Shown here piece by piece: positions 16,963 through 26,001 of a stretch of DNA of 37,399 nucleotides (its first letter is position 1; every line of letters begins with the position of its first letter). The notes below the pieces were generated by a model. The model saw nothing but the letters and a program-made list of their open reading frames with translations, was not told the origin of the DNA and made no database searches. Made by a program: the position numbers and the translations under genes. Origin of the DNA: Sulfuricurvum sp. (GTDB lineage Bacteria; Campylobacterota; Campylobacteria; Campylobacterales; Sulfurimonadaceae); assembly GCA_036277435.1 (NCBI GenBank), contig DASUMY010000055.1, forward strand, positions 1 to 37,399, written 5' to 3'.

Positions 16963-17617
16963 GGTTACTCCTTTTATATGGTATCAACCATTCTTGTTTC
17001 GGCGGTGGAATAATGCCACCTTGACGCATCCAGATCATATAGCCATGGCGTGCATATTGATGTTTGTCGTAGAACGTATGCAGGGCACTGTATCGAAATT
17101 CACGTTTTTTAAGCAGTGCCGCAAAATCGGGATGCTCTTCTAAAAAAGTTTGTAAAAAATTAAATGCGGTATCGGAGATGAATACGGTGTTGGTAACCAA
17201 GTTTTTAATTTCTACGTAGCGAGCACATTCATTTAATCCATCTCCGACGAAATTGTTATGCCCTAAAATGTCTTCGAACCGGTGCACTTGACCGGTATGG
17301 ACGGCAACGCGTATCCCCTGAAAATAAGGGAACTCTTTAGTGATAAAATCAGAAAAATGGATAAAAGAGAGACCGAGGATGGGGCCGAATCCTTTGAGTC
17401 TAGGGTGTAAAATACAATAAAAACCATCACCCGTAGGGATAATTCCCTGAAGCATTTTTTCCAATGGTATCCCTGAATTTTCTAACATTTTTCGAATCAT
17501 TTTTTTGTAACTTTGAGAAAGAAACGTAATGAGCTCAAGTTGTTTAGACATTTCAAGACGCGAAAAATCGATGATATCGATTAAAACAATGTCCGTTTCA
17601 ATAGCTCTTTTTGTCAT
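16952..17617 (-). CDS. Stand-alone class III nucleotidyl cyclase-like protein
   Basis: LIDIIDFS (first metal Asp), TGDGF (second Asp), IRVAVHTGQV, FVGDGLNECAR (N-x3-R). Confidence 0.8.
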   Translation of the reverse strand: MTKRAIETDIVLIDIIDFSRLEMSKQLELITFLSQSYKKMIRKMLENSGIPLEKMLQGIIPTGDGFYCILHPRLKGFGPILGLSFIHFSDFITKEFPYFQGIRVAVHTGQVHRFEDILGHNNFVGDGLNECARYVEIKNLVTNTVFISDTAFNFLQTFLEEHPDFAALLKKREFRYSALHTFYDKHQYARHGYMIWMRQGGIIPPPKQEWLIPYKRSNRAI

Positions 17618-17776
17618 AGGTTAAGCAGATTCCAGTGCGATGAATATTTAATTATTGTAATCAAACACACCTCTATAATCGCTGAGATGGCATTTGGTAT
17701 ATCGTCAAAAATAAAACAATTGTAATCAAAATGTGCTACTATCCTAAAAATTCATACGATTTGATTAGGAAAAAAG

Positions 17777-19273
17777 ATGCAGAAGCGAACCAAAATTTTG
17801 GCAACAGTCGGACCCTCTTCTCAGAGTGTAGAAATATTATCGTCTATGATTCGAGCCGGTGTCAATGTGTTTCGCCTTAATTTTTCACACGGCACACACG
17901 AGTACCATGCGACTGTACTGAATAATATTAGGCAGGCAATGCGTGAAACAGGGCTGATCGTCGGTGTTTTGCAGGATATTTGCGGTCCAAAAATTCGTAT
18001 CGGAAATCTGAAAGAAGATTTTCATCTTGATCCAGACGATACCCTTGATTTGTACTATGAAACGATTGAAGGGGAGAAGGTTGGGGCGCACCACTATCGG
18101 ACGTGCATCAATCAAAGTGATATTTTAAAGAGGCTGACCATCGGGGATGCCATTTATCTGTATGATGGAAATATTCGCGCCCGTATTGTCGCGTGTGAAA
18201 CCGATTTTATACGGACCATGATTGAAAACAAAGGGATATTAACCTCGAGAAAAGGGGTGAACTTTCCGAATACGCGCTTGGGCATTGATGTGTTAACACC
18301 CAAAGACCGTTTGGATATGGCCTGGGGTATTGCGAACGGTGTTGATTATATGGCGATATCGTTTGTTCAAAATGCGCAGGACATGATTCAAGCGCGCGAA
18401 ATCGTCCGCAGCTGTAATGGCGAGGTGCAGTTGTTGGCCAAGATCGAAAAATTTGATGCCGTTGAAAATATTGATGAAATTTTAGAACATTCCGATGGAT
18501 TGATGGTGGCTCGGGGAGATTTGGGTATTGAAGTGCCCTATTACAAAGTTCCCGCTATTCAAAAGATGCTCATACGCAAAGCCAATGAGTGTTCAAAGCC
18601 CGTTATAACAGCAACCCAAATGCTGTTATCGATGACGGAAAAAGAGACAGCAACCCGTGCTGAAATAAGCGACGTAGCCAATGCGGTGCTGGACGGTACG
18701 GATGCGGTCATGCTATCGGAAGAATCGGCCGTTGGACACAATCCGGTGTTGGTTATCGAGACGATGGTGAATACGATTCAATCGATTGAGGATATATACC
18801 CGTTTGATAAATTCGTACAATTTGAACATTTTGATGCGATGGATATTGTCAATGAGTCGGCAGTCCGCTTGGGAGATGCATTGCATGCGTCAGGGATTAT
18901 CGCGATGACAACATCAGGTCAATCGGCTAAAAAATTGGCCCGTTATCGTCCGAAGATGACAATTTATGCGGCAACGCATGATGAGCGTGTCGCACGGCTG
19001 CTGACCTTGGTATGGGGGGTTGTACCTGCTTTTTTGACGAAAAAAGCGAAACAAGAAGAGATGCTGCGTGATATTATTACGCGCGGATTGGCGCGTAATA
19101 TTCTTGATAAAACTCAAACCTATATTTTTACTGCCGGTGATCCGGTCGGGGTTCAAGGGACAACGAATATGATTCGCATTTTGAGAGAGAATGAGATCGC
19201 CTTTTTTGGAGAGAACAAAAGTTCTGTCGCAAAAATGAAAAAAGCTCAAGAGATCATCCCTACACTTTTTTAA
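17777..19273 (+). CDS. pyk: Pyruvate kinase
   Basis: RTKILATVGP, RLNFSHG, AKIE, MVARGDLGIE, ATQML, TRAEISDVANAVLDGTDAVMLS. Confidence 0.97.
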   Translation: MQKRTKILATVGPSSQSVEILSSMIRAGVNVFRLNFSHGTHEYHATVLNNIRQAMRETGLIVGVLQDICGPKIRIGNLKEDFHLDPDDTLDLYYETIEGEKVGAHHYRTCINQSDILKRLTIGDAIYLYDGNIRARIVACETDFIRTMIENKGILTSRKGVNFPNTRLGIDVLTPKDRLDMAWGIANGVDYMAISFVQNAQDMIQAREIVRSCNGEVQLLAKIEKFDAVENIDEILEHSDGLMVARGDLGIEVPYYKVPAIQKMLIRKANECSKPVITATQMLLSMTEKETATRAEISDVANAVLDGTDAVMLSEESAVGHNPVLVIETMVNTIQSIEDIYPFDKFVQFEHFDAMDIVNESAVRLGDALHASGIIAMTTSGQSAKKLARYRPKMTIYAATHDERVARLLTLVWGVVPAFLTKKAKQEEMLRDIITRGLARNILDKTQTYIFTAGDPVGVQGTTNMIRILRENEIAFFGENKSSVAKMKKAQEIIPTLF

Positions 19274-19304
19274 AATTGGACCGTATTTTGCTTTGACTTT
19301 CATG

Positions 19305-19353
19305 TTTGAGGAGAGGTGCAGTTTGGTGTTTCGTCGCGCCTCCTTTCCTCAAA
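19305..19353. other. GC-rich bulged hairpin between pyk and cmoA
   Basis: TTTGAGGA/TCCTCAAA and GAGGTGC/GCGCCTC arms around a 16-nt loop. Confidence 0.55.
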
Positions 19354-19382
19354 AAATCTCTCTTTTCGCTACAATACCACTT

Positions 19383-20099
19383 ATGAACACCGATACCTTA
19401 TTTACGAAACCTATTTCCAAGCAATTCGAGTTTGATGCAGACGTTGCAGCCGTATTTGATGATATGCTCAGTCGATCTGTCCCTTTTTATAAAGAATCGC
19501 AACAATTGACCCGGCGATTTTCGATGAATGCATTGCAAGAGGGTGGACGGCTCATTGATCTTGGATGTTCAACGGCGTCGTTGCTTTTGGATGTTGAACG
19601 TTCCTTGAAATCGTCTGTATCGGTTGAATTGATCGGGATTGATAATTCACCGGCAATGATCGACCATGCGCGTAAAAAGATCGAAGCGTACGGATCAAAA
19701 ATTTTGCTTGTTGAAGGGGATATTTTAGAGTACCCATTTGGGAGAACAAACGCAGTTGTATGCAACTACACGCTGCAATTCATCCGTCCGATGGTGCGTG
19801 AAAATCTATTATGTAAAATTTATGATTCCCTGGAAGAGGGAGGAGTTTTCATCTTTAGTGAAAAAGTACTGAGTGACAATGCCAAACTAAACAAGCAGCT
19901 CATTGATTGTTATTACGATTTCAAAAAAGAGCAGGGCTACAGCGAATACGAAATTGTCCAAAAACGGGAAGCTCTCGAAAATGTACTGATTCCTTACACG
20001 ATGGAAGAAAATATTGCAATGGCTAAAAAAAGCGGCTTTTCAAGCTGCGATGTTCTGTTTCGATGGGCAAACTTTGCGACATTTATCGCTTGTAAATAA
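19383..20099 (+). CDS. cmoA: Carboxy-S-adenosyl-L-methionine synthase CmoA
   Basis: FEFDADVAAVFDDMLSRSVPFY, DLGCST, NYTLQF, SEK, KREALENV. The conserved region begins at ATG 19383. Confidence 0.94.
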   Translation: MNTDTLFTKPISKQFEFDADVAAVFDDMLSRSVPFYKESQQLTRRFSMNALQEGGRLIDLGCSTASLLLDVERSLKSSVSVELIGIDNSPAMIDHARKKIEAYGSKILLVEGDILEYPFGRTNAVVCNYTLQFIRPMVRENLLCKIYDSLEEGGVFIFSEKVLSDNAKLNKQLIDCYYDFKKEQGYSEYEIVQKREALENVLIPYTMEENIAMAKKSGFSSCDVLFRWANFATFIACK

Positions 20100-20109
20100 T
20101 TAATAAATT

Positions 20110-20325
20110 TTACCATACTTTTGGCTCAGCCGCTGAAGCGGGCGGCGTAAGCGCTTTTTTGACATCACTGTAGTCCATAATATTAGGATCGCATTTTTTG
20201 TGATAATAACCCTGCGCATCATAATACTCTTCACAATCATTGTAGTATCGTAAACTGACCCCTCTGTCATTAAAACATCCAGTAAACATTATGATGACGA
20301 TGAGCGGTACTATTGTATAAATCAT
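20110..20325 (-). CDS. Small lipoprotein
   Basis: Hydrophobic N-terminus with lipobox FTGC; Tyr-rich CEEYYDAQGYYHKKC. Downstream of nth. Confidence 0.75.
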   Translation of the reverse strand: MIYTIVPLIVIIMFTGCFNDRGVSLRYYNDCEEYYDAQGYYHKKCDPNIMDYSDVKKALTPPASAAEPKVW

Positions 20326-20339
20326 AAATTCATTCTACC

Positions 20340-20987
20340 TTATCTAGGTTTAAAACTTTGCTTAGTTTTACAGTACTCACCCAAGAAGCAGTCGGTATCG
20401 CATTTAGGATTCTTGGCCGTACAGATGTAACGTCCAAATAGAACCATCCCCTGATGAAGCTGATGGAGATTCGTTTTAAACTTTTTGACCAGGGTTGCTT
20501 CGGTAGCTGCGGGAGTCAGATCATCGCTCAATCCAAGGCGATGACTGACCCTGAAAACGTGGGTATCAACCGCCATTAGATTGGCTCCGGTATATTCGAT
20601 TAAAACAACGTGAGCCGTTTTCTGTCCTACACCGGCTAGTGTTACAAGTTCTTTTTCATCCAAGGGGACTTCCCCCTTGTAGACGTCAACAATCCGTTTT
20701 GCCATAGCAATGAGGTTAATGGCTTTATTGTTAAAAAAAGAGCAGCTTTGAATGAGACTTTTAACCTGTTCCAAATCGGCATCGGCTAAAGCGTACGGAG
20801 TCGGATACGCTTCAAAGAGTGCCGGCGTGATAAGATTCACCCGCTTGTCGGTACATTGTGCCGAGAGAGCAACCGCAATCACCAATTCATAGGCATTATG
20901 ATAAGTCAGTTCGGTTACTGCATCATCATATCGCTCTATTAACGCAGATTTGATGGCTTCGATTTCTTGCTTGGTAGCTTTTTTCAT
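20340..20987 (-). CDS. nth: Endonuclease III
   Basis: LSAQCTDKRVN, HhH LAGVGQKTA, VDTHVFRV, C-terminal 4-Cys Fe-S motif. Confidence 0.96.
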   Translation of the reverse strand: MKKATKQEIEAIKSALIERYDDAVTELTYHNAYELVIAVALSAQCTDKRVNLITPALFEAYPTPYALADADLEQVKSLIQSCSFFNNKAINLIAMAKRIVDVYKGEVPLDEKELVTLAGVGQKTAHVVLIEYTGANLMAVDTHVFRVSHRLGLSDDLTPAATEATLVKKFKTNLHQLHQGMVLFGRYICTAKNPKCDTDCFLGEYCKTKQSFKPR

Positions 20988-21106
20988 TAGGGTAAACTCA
21001 ATTTTTAGCGTATTGTAGCATTATGTGATAAACCATCACTCGCAATATTTGTGTTACAATATCCGACTAACGTTGTGAAATGTGATCTTAAGTGCAGGAG
21101 AAAAAA

Positions 21107-23047
21107 TTGGAGTTTATAAAATGGATTTCGAATTTAATAGGCAGTAAATCGACTGCTGACATACAAGCTACTGAATACAATATTGATAAAGACCTTTTTT
21201 ATAAAATCCTTGATACAGACCCTTGTGCTATTTTATTTTTTACCAAAGAGAGTGGTTGGATCGGGGCGAACAAAGCCTTCTTTTCCCTTGTGAAAGTGAA
21301 AAGTATCGAAGAATTGCGGACTAAATATGAGAGTATCCGTGAGTTATTCAATGATGAAGATGAAGAAGTTTTTACTGAGTATGATAAAAGCTGGCTGGAT
21401 TATATCCGGACTCATTGCCCCAATGGGTATGGTTTGGGAATTATGGATTCGAAAGGAAATCGTCATTCGATGCTTGCAACGTCTACGCTTTTAAATCAAG
21501 GGTCGAGCGATTTGTACTTGCTGAGACTTGAAGATCGCAGTAAAGTGGTTGCATTGCAGGATGAAGTCGTTGAGGTTGAGAAACAAAAAACGAAGTTTTT
21601 AGCCAATATAGGACATGAATTTCGTACACCGATGAATGGGATATTGGGGTTTGTGGATCTTCTTTCGAAAACGGCTCCAACAGATACCCAGCTTGAATAT
21701 ATCCATTCGGTACAGGGTTCCGCTCGCAATTTGATGTCCAATATTGAAAATCTTCTTGATTTGGCGCAAATGCAGACAGGGCGGTTGACCATCAGCAAAA
21801 CGGATTTCAACATTATTACTGAAATGGAAGAAATGGCGCTCGGATGTGTATCTTTGGGAAATGACAAAGGGATAAATGTCCATTTTTTTATTGATCCGAA
21901 GCTTCCGACCCATTTGGTGGGAGACAGCCGAAAAATAAAACAAGTGCTGAGTAATCTTTTCAACAATGCATTAAAGTTTACAGCACCGCAAGGACGAATC
22001 AATATCGAGGTTAAGCTTTTAAAGCGCAATACAACGGGAAGCAGCAATATCGGTTTCAGTATTAAAGACACCGGCAAAGGGATTAGCAAAAATGAGCTCA
22101 GCTATATAACACGCCCTTTTGTTTCCGGTGACCATGCCGATAATCGTTTAGGGGTAGGATTGAGTTTATCTCATGGACTGATCAGTTTGATGGGCGGCGA
22201 GTTGAAAATTGCGAGCGAGGAGGGCAAAGGCTCCTCGTTCAGTTTCGCATTAACGCTCGAAGGATCATCCGATCAGGCGATGCGAATGATTAATGCCAAT
22301 ACGGCAAAAGTGGTTTTGTTGGATGAAAAACGGTTGGATGATGCCAATCATTTAACCAATTATTTACGCAGCTTTGGTTTAAGTGTGACAAAAACGAACG
22401 TCATTGACGATGCGGTTTTTAATGATGCTGATGTGGTTTATTTTATTGCCCCCCAAGAGAAGAGTGATTGGATTTTGAAACTCTCTACGATGAAGCGCTC
22501 TTGTAAAACGGTTTTATTGCTGGATCAACATGAAAAACTGCAAGCACGTACGCTTCATGTTATTGATAGCGGTCTTTCAAAGCCACTTTTGCCGACAACA
22601 TTATTATCGCATTTAATAGAAATTTTGAAATTGCCTCAAGCGATTGAAAACAGTGTGCCGTTGTTACCGCGAGGTATTAATGCCCTTATCGTTGAAGATA
22701 ATTTAATTAATCAACGGCTGATCAAACTTCTGCTGAAAGAATACGGTTTGAATGTTGTAGCGGCATCCGATGGTGATCAAGCTGTTGAAGCGTGCCGAAA
22801 TCAACAATTTGATATTGTTTTTATGGATATTGATATGCCGGTAAAAGATGGTATCTTGGCAACACAGGAAATTAAAGCGGAAGAAGGCCCGGCTCGAACG
22901 GGTCGTATGCCGATTATCGCGCTAACTGCGTTGGCCATGGAGGGGGATCGTGAATACATTCTGGCCAAAGGGCTGGATGATTATCTTTCCAAACCGTTAA
23001 CGCGTGAGAAGCTCGAATATATTCTTCATAAATATCTGAAAGTTTGA
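21107..23047 (+). CDS. Soluble hybrid sensor histidine kinase (PAS-like, HisKA, HATPase, pseudo-receiver, receiver)
   Basis: H-box HEFRTPMNG, N-box NNALKFT, G1 DTGKG, receiver VEDN/FMDIDMP/KP. TTG 21107 follows AGGAG and is preferred over GTG 21092. Confidence 0.9.
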   Translation: MEFIKWISNLIGSKSTADIQATEYNIDKDLFYKILDTDPCAILFFTKESGWIGANKAFFSLVKVKSIEELRTKYESIRELFNDEDEEVFTEYDKSWLDYIRTHCPNGYGLGIMDSKGNRHSMLATSTLLNQGSSDLYLLRLEDRSKVVALQDEVVEVEKQKTKFLANIGHEFRTPMNGILGFVDLLSKTAPTDTQLEYIHSVQGSARNLMSNIENLLDLAQMQTGRLTISKTDFNIITEMEEMALGCVSLGNDKGINVHFFIDPKLPTHLVGDSRKIKQVLSNLFNNALKFTAPQGRINIEVKLLKRNTTGSSNIGFSIKDTGKGISKNELSYITRPFVSGDHADNRLGVGLSLSHGLISLMGGELKIASEEGKGSSFSFALTLEGSSDQAMRMINANTAKVVLLDEKRLDDANHLTNYLRSFGLSVTKTNVIDDAVFNDADVVYFIAPQEKSDWILKLSTMKRSCKTVLLLDQHEKLQARTLHVIDSGLSKPLLPTTLLSHLIEILKLPQAIENSVPLLPRGINALIVEDNLINQRLIKLLLKEYGLNVVAASDGDQAVEACRNQQFDIVFMDIDMPVKDGILATQEIKAEEGPARTGRMPIIALTALAMEGDREYILAKGLDDYLSKPLTREKLEYILHKYLKV

Positions 23048-24984
23048 ACGCAGGATGCAATTTCATGGTATATACAGACAAATTTAAAGAAAAATTTTCT
23101 GCATCATTAGGGATGTTGACTTCCTGTGCCCATTTGCACAGCGATCCAATGGTCTATACGTATTTTTCGGGTGAGATTGTCGGAGCTAATTCGCCTTTTT
23201 TTGCCCTTTTTGCAGCCGACAACCTCTCCGATGTGGCTCCTATGGACGAGTGGCTCCGTCCCCAGGGGGTAGACCTATCATTTTTGCTATCGCAGTCGAA
23301 TGAGTATCGAGGAAAAGTAATAGGGCGTAATCATGAATATGATGTGGCTATTCGTTCTGAAGTGATTCTCTTAGAAAATGAACCTATCGTTGCTGTTGTG
23401 CTGAGGGATACTTCGGTTATTGAACGAGCGCGTGCAGCAGAACGTTATTTTGAGCGGTTTAAAAAGAAATTTTTGACGAGCATGTCTCATGAATTTCGAA
23501 CACCGATGAATGCGATTATCGGCTTTGTCGATTTGTTAAAAGGGAGCCCGCTAAGTTCCTGGCAGCAAGAATATGCGGATATGGCCAATAAAAGTGCTCT
23601 ATCCATGATGCGAAATATAGAAAATCTTTTAGAATTGATGCAGGTCGAAAGCGGCAGTATCCATAGTAATTTGCACCCGTTTCAGCCCATTGACGTATTG
23701 GAAAGCTTTTCAATGCAGTTTAATGATTTGGCGATGAGCAAACAACTTCAGTGGCTTGTCTTTATCGATCCTCAGCTTCCAAAATCCATAATTGGCGATC
23801 AAGACAAAATTTTAGCCATATTACGCAACTTGATACAAAATGCGATTAAATTTACCGATGAACAGGGACAGGTTCTTTTGGAAGTTTTGGTGGTTAACAA
23901 TGGCAGCAAAACCATAGAAGTGGAATATGCTATCAGCGATACGGGCATAGGGATCGATAGTGATCATATGAAAACGCTGCTTCGGCCATTTGCCTCTGCA
24001 TGGGAAAATCAGAGGCAGGGGAAAGACGGCTTGGGGATTGGACTCAGCCTTAGTCATAAATACATTGATATGATGAATTCACATTTGATGCTGGCTTCTG
24101 AAATAGGGAAAGGATCCCGTTTCTCCTTTCGTATCATCCATCCTGTTCACGAAAGAGAAAATTTTGAATCCATCATTGACGGGACACGTGCGGCGATTTA
24201 TTCGCAAAATGCGGCTTCTGCTCAGAGCGCTTTACTGCATAAATATCTTGAACACTTTGCCGTGAATGTTATGACGACACCATCATTGCTGAATCAAGAA
24301 TTACAGCAGTGCAATGCATTATTTTTGGATGTTCCTCATATAGCGAAATCTCAGATAGAGTCGCTCAAAACTACTTATCCGCAGTTACAGATTATTCCTA
24401 TACTCGATTCAGGACACGGTACCCAGGCGGATAACGTGCGAGAAGTGGTTGGATCTATGCTGTTAACGCTTCCCCTTATCCCCAGTTCTTTGTACAAAGT
24501 ATTATTGCAAGTGCGCAATACCATTCCTGCAGAGTCGGTGATTGAAAAACGAGAAGAAAAAAGTATTCAGCACGTGCAGGATGCTAAAATTCTCGTAGCT
24601 GAAGACAATCTGATCAATCTTCGATTGTTAGAAACCATTTTATTGCAGAATAATTTCAGAGTGACGACGGTGGATAACGGTCAAAAAGCCGTAGATGCCT
24701 ATTTAAAAGAGCCGTTTGATCTGGTTCTGATGGATATTGACATGCCGGTAATGGACGGTTTGACGGCAAACCGACTTATTAAAGAGATTGATAAGCGCAA
24801 CAACCGGGAATTTACCCCCGTTATCGCGTTGACTGCTCATGCGTTGATTGGGGACAGAGAACGAATTATAGGGGCCGGTTTGGATGCGCATCTTGCGAAA
24901 CCGATAGACAAAAACTTTTTACTGCAAACTATTAATCGCTATTTGACAATGTCACACCAAAAGCAAGTAAATAAGAGTGTTTAA
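23044..24984 (+). CDS. Second soluble hybrid sensor histidine kinase
   Basis: SHEFRTPMN, NAIKFT, DTGIG, GLGIGL, receiver AEDN/LMDIDMP/KP. Start uncertain (TTG 23044 or the ATG seven codons later). Confidence 0.9.
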   Translation: MNAGCNFMVYTDKFKEKFSASLGMLTSCAHLHSDPMVYTYFSGEIVGANSPFFALFAADNLSDVAPMDEWLRPQGVDLSFLLSQSNEYRGKVIGRNHEYDVAIRSEVILLENEPIVAVVLRDTSVIERARAAERYFERFKKKFLTSMSHEFRTPMNAIIGFVDLLKGSPLSSWQQEYADMANKSALSMMRNIENLLELMQVESGSIHSNLHPFQPIDVLESFSMQFNDLAMSKQLQWLVFIDPQLPKSIIGDQDKILAILRNLIQNAIKFTDEQGQVLLEVLVVNNGSKTIEVEYAISDTGIGIDSDHMKTLLRPFASAWENQRQGKDGLGIGLSLSHKYIDMMNSHLMLASEIGKGSRFSFRIIHPVHERENFESIIDGTRAAIYSQNAASAQSALLHKYLEHFAVNVMTTPSLLNQELQQCNALFLDVPHIAKSQIESLKTTYPQLQIIPILDSGHGTQADNVREVVGSMLLTLPLIPSSLYKVLLQVRNTIPAESVIEKREEKSIQHVQDAKILVAEDNLINLRLLETILLQNNFRVTTVDNGQKAVDAYLKEPFDLVLMDIDMPVMDGLTANRLIKEIDKRNNREFTPVIALTAHALIGDRERIIGAGLDAHLAKPIDKNFLLQTINRYLTMSHQKQVNKSV

Positions 24985-25072
24985 TATTCATTAATTCGTA
25001 TACGTTATTCTCTTAATTGTAATATAATTCGAACAATAAAAATCGTACGTGAAGATAAAAGAAGGAAAACGA

Positions 25073-25915
25073 ATGAAACAACAATTTACCATGTGGGCAC
25101 TGGGCGTGTTATTGAGCGGTTCTATGGCCAGTGCAGCAGTAATCGCAACAGTCAATGGTGATGCTATTACCTCAGATGAGGTTAATAAAGTTTTGATGGA
25201 AGGGACGCAGGGGCGATTTGATTCACTCCCAGCGGATAAACAAAATGAATTACGTCAACGTATTATTGAAGGGATGATTGCTCAACAATTGGTGTTTGAT
25301 GACGCCAAGAAGAACGGTATTTTGGATTCAAAAGAATACAAGCAAGAATTTCAAGTGCTAATGGAACGGATGAAAATGCAGCTTGCTGCAAAAGTATGGG
25401 AACAACAGCAGTTCGAATCTATCAAAGTCGATGCAAAAGAGGTAAAAGCATATTACGATGCTAATGCTGATGAATTTGTTGACAAAGAAAAAGTGCATGC
25501 ACGTCATATTCTCATGAAAACAAATCAAGATGCGGAAGCGGTTATCCGTAGTTTAAAAGGGCTTAGCGGAGAGAAACTCAAAGCCGAGTTTATAGCGCAA
25601 GCGAAATCAAAATCAACAGGGCCGAGCGCTGCAAAAGGCGGAGATTTAGGTTACTTTACACGCGGACAAATGGTTCCATCTTTCAATGATGCGGCATTTT
25701 CGATGAGAGAAGGAACGATCTCTTCTGAACCGGTCCAAAGTCAATTCGGATATCATGTTATCTATATCGAAGATAAAAAATCGGCACAAAAAATGAGTTT
25801 TGATGAAGTGAAAGCGTTTATTGAACAACGATTGAAAATGGATAAATTTAAAGCGTTTATGGAAAAGAAAATGAATGCTTTGAAAGCAAAAGCTAAAATT
25901 ACTTACAATAAGTAA
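25073..25915 (+). CDS. Periplasmic parvulin-type PPIase/chaperone (PEB4/SurA-like)
   Basis: Signal peptide, ATVNG, ARHIL, GGDLGYF...QMVP.F, QFGYHVI. ATG 25073 follows AAGGA. Confidence 0.92.
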   Translation: MKQQFTMWALGVLLSGSMASAAVIATVNGDAITSDEVNKVLMEGTQGRFDSLPADKQNELRQRIIEGMIAQQLVFDDAKKNGILDSKEYKQEFQVLMERMKMQLAAKVWEQQQFESIKVDAKEVKAYYDANADEFVDKEKVHARHILMKTNQDAEAVIRSLKGLSGEKLKAEFIAQAKSKSTGPSAAKGGDLGYFTRGQMVPSFNDAAFSMREGTISSEPVQSQFGYHVIYIEDKKSAQKMSFDEVKAFIEQRLKMDKFKAFMEKKMNALKAKAKITYNK

Positions 25916-25929
25916 ATACGTTTTTTGTC

Positions 25930-25990
25930 ATACCGTATTTGATACGGTATCTGATTTTTTACGCATGAATTCCGTGCCGGTGCACGGAAT
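25930..25990. terminator. Two hairpins between the convergent PPIase and fbaA genes
   Basis: ATACCGTAT-TTG-ATACGGTAT (25930-25950, followed by a T-tract) and ATTCCGTGC-CGGT-GCACGGAAT (25969-25990). Confidence 0.7.
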
Positions 25991-26001
25991 GACGAAACTA
26001 G

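Noticed and set aside
19293-19382. 30-aa N-terminal extension of CmoA
   Set aside because: Spans a hairpin and the probable -10; homology starts at 19383.
21496-22089. 197-aa minus-strand ORF
   Set aside because: Antisense to the conserved kinase core.
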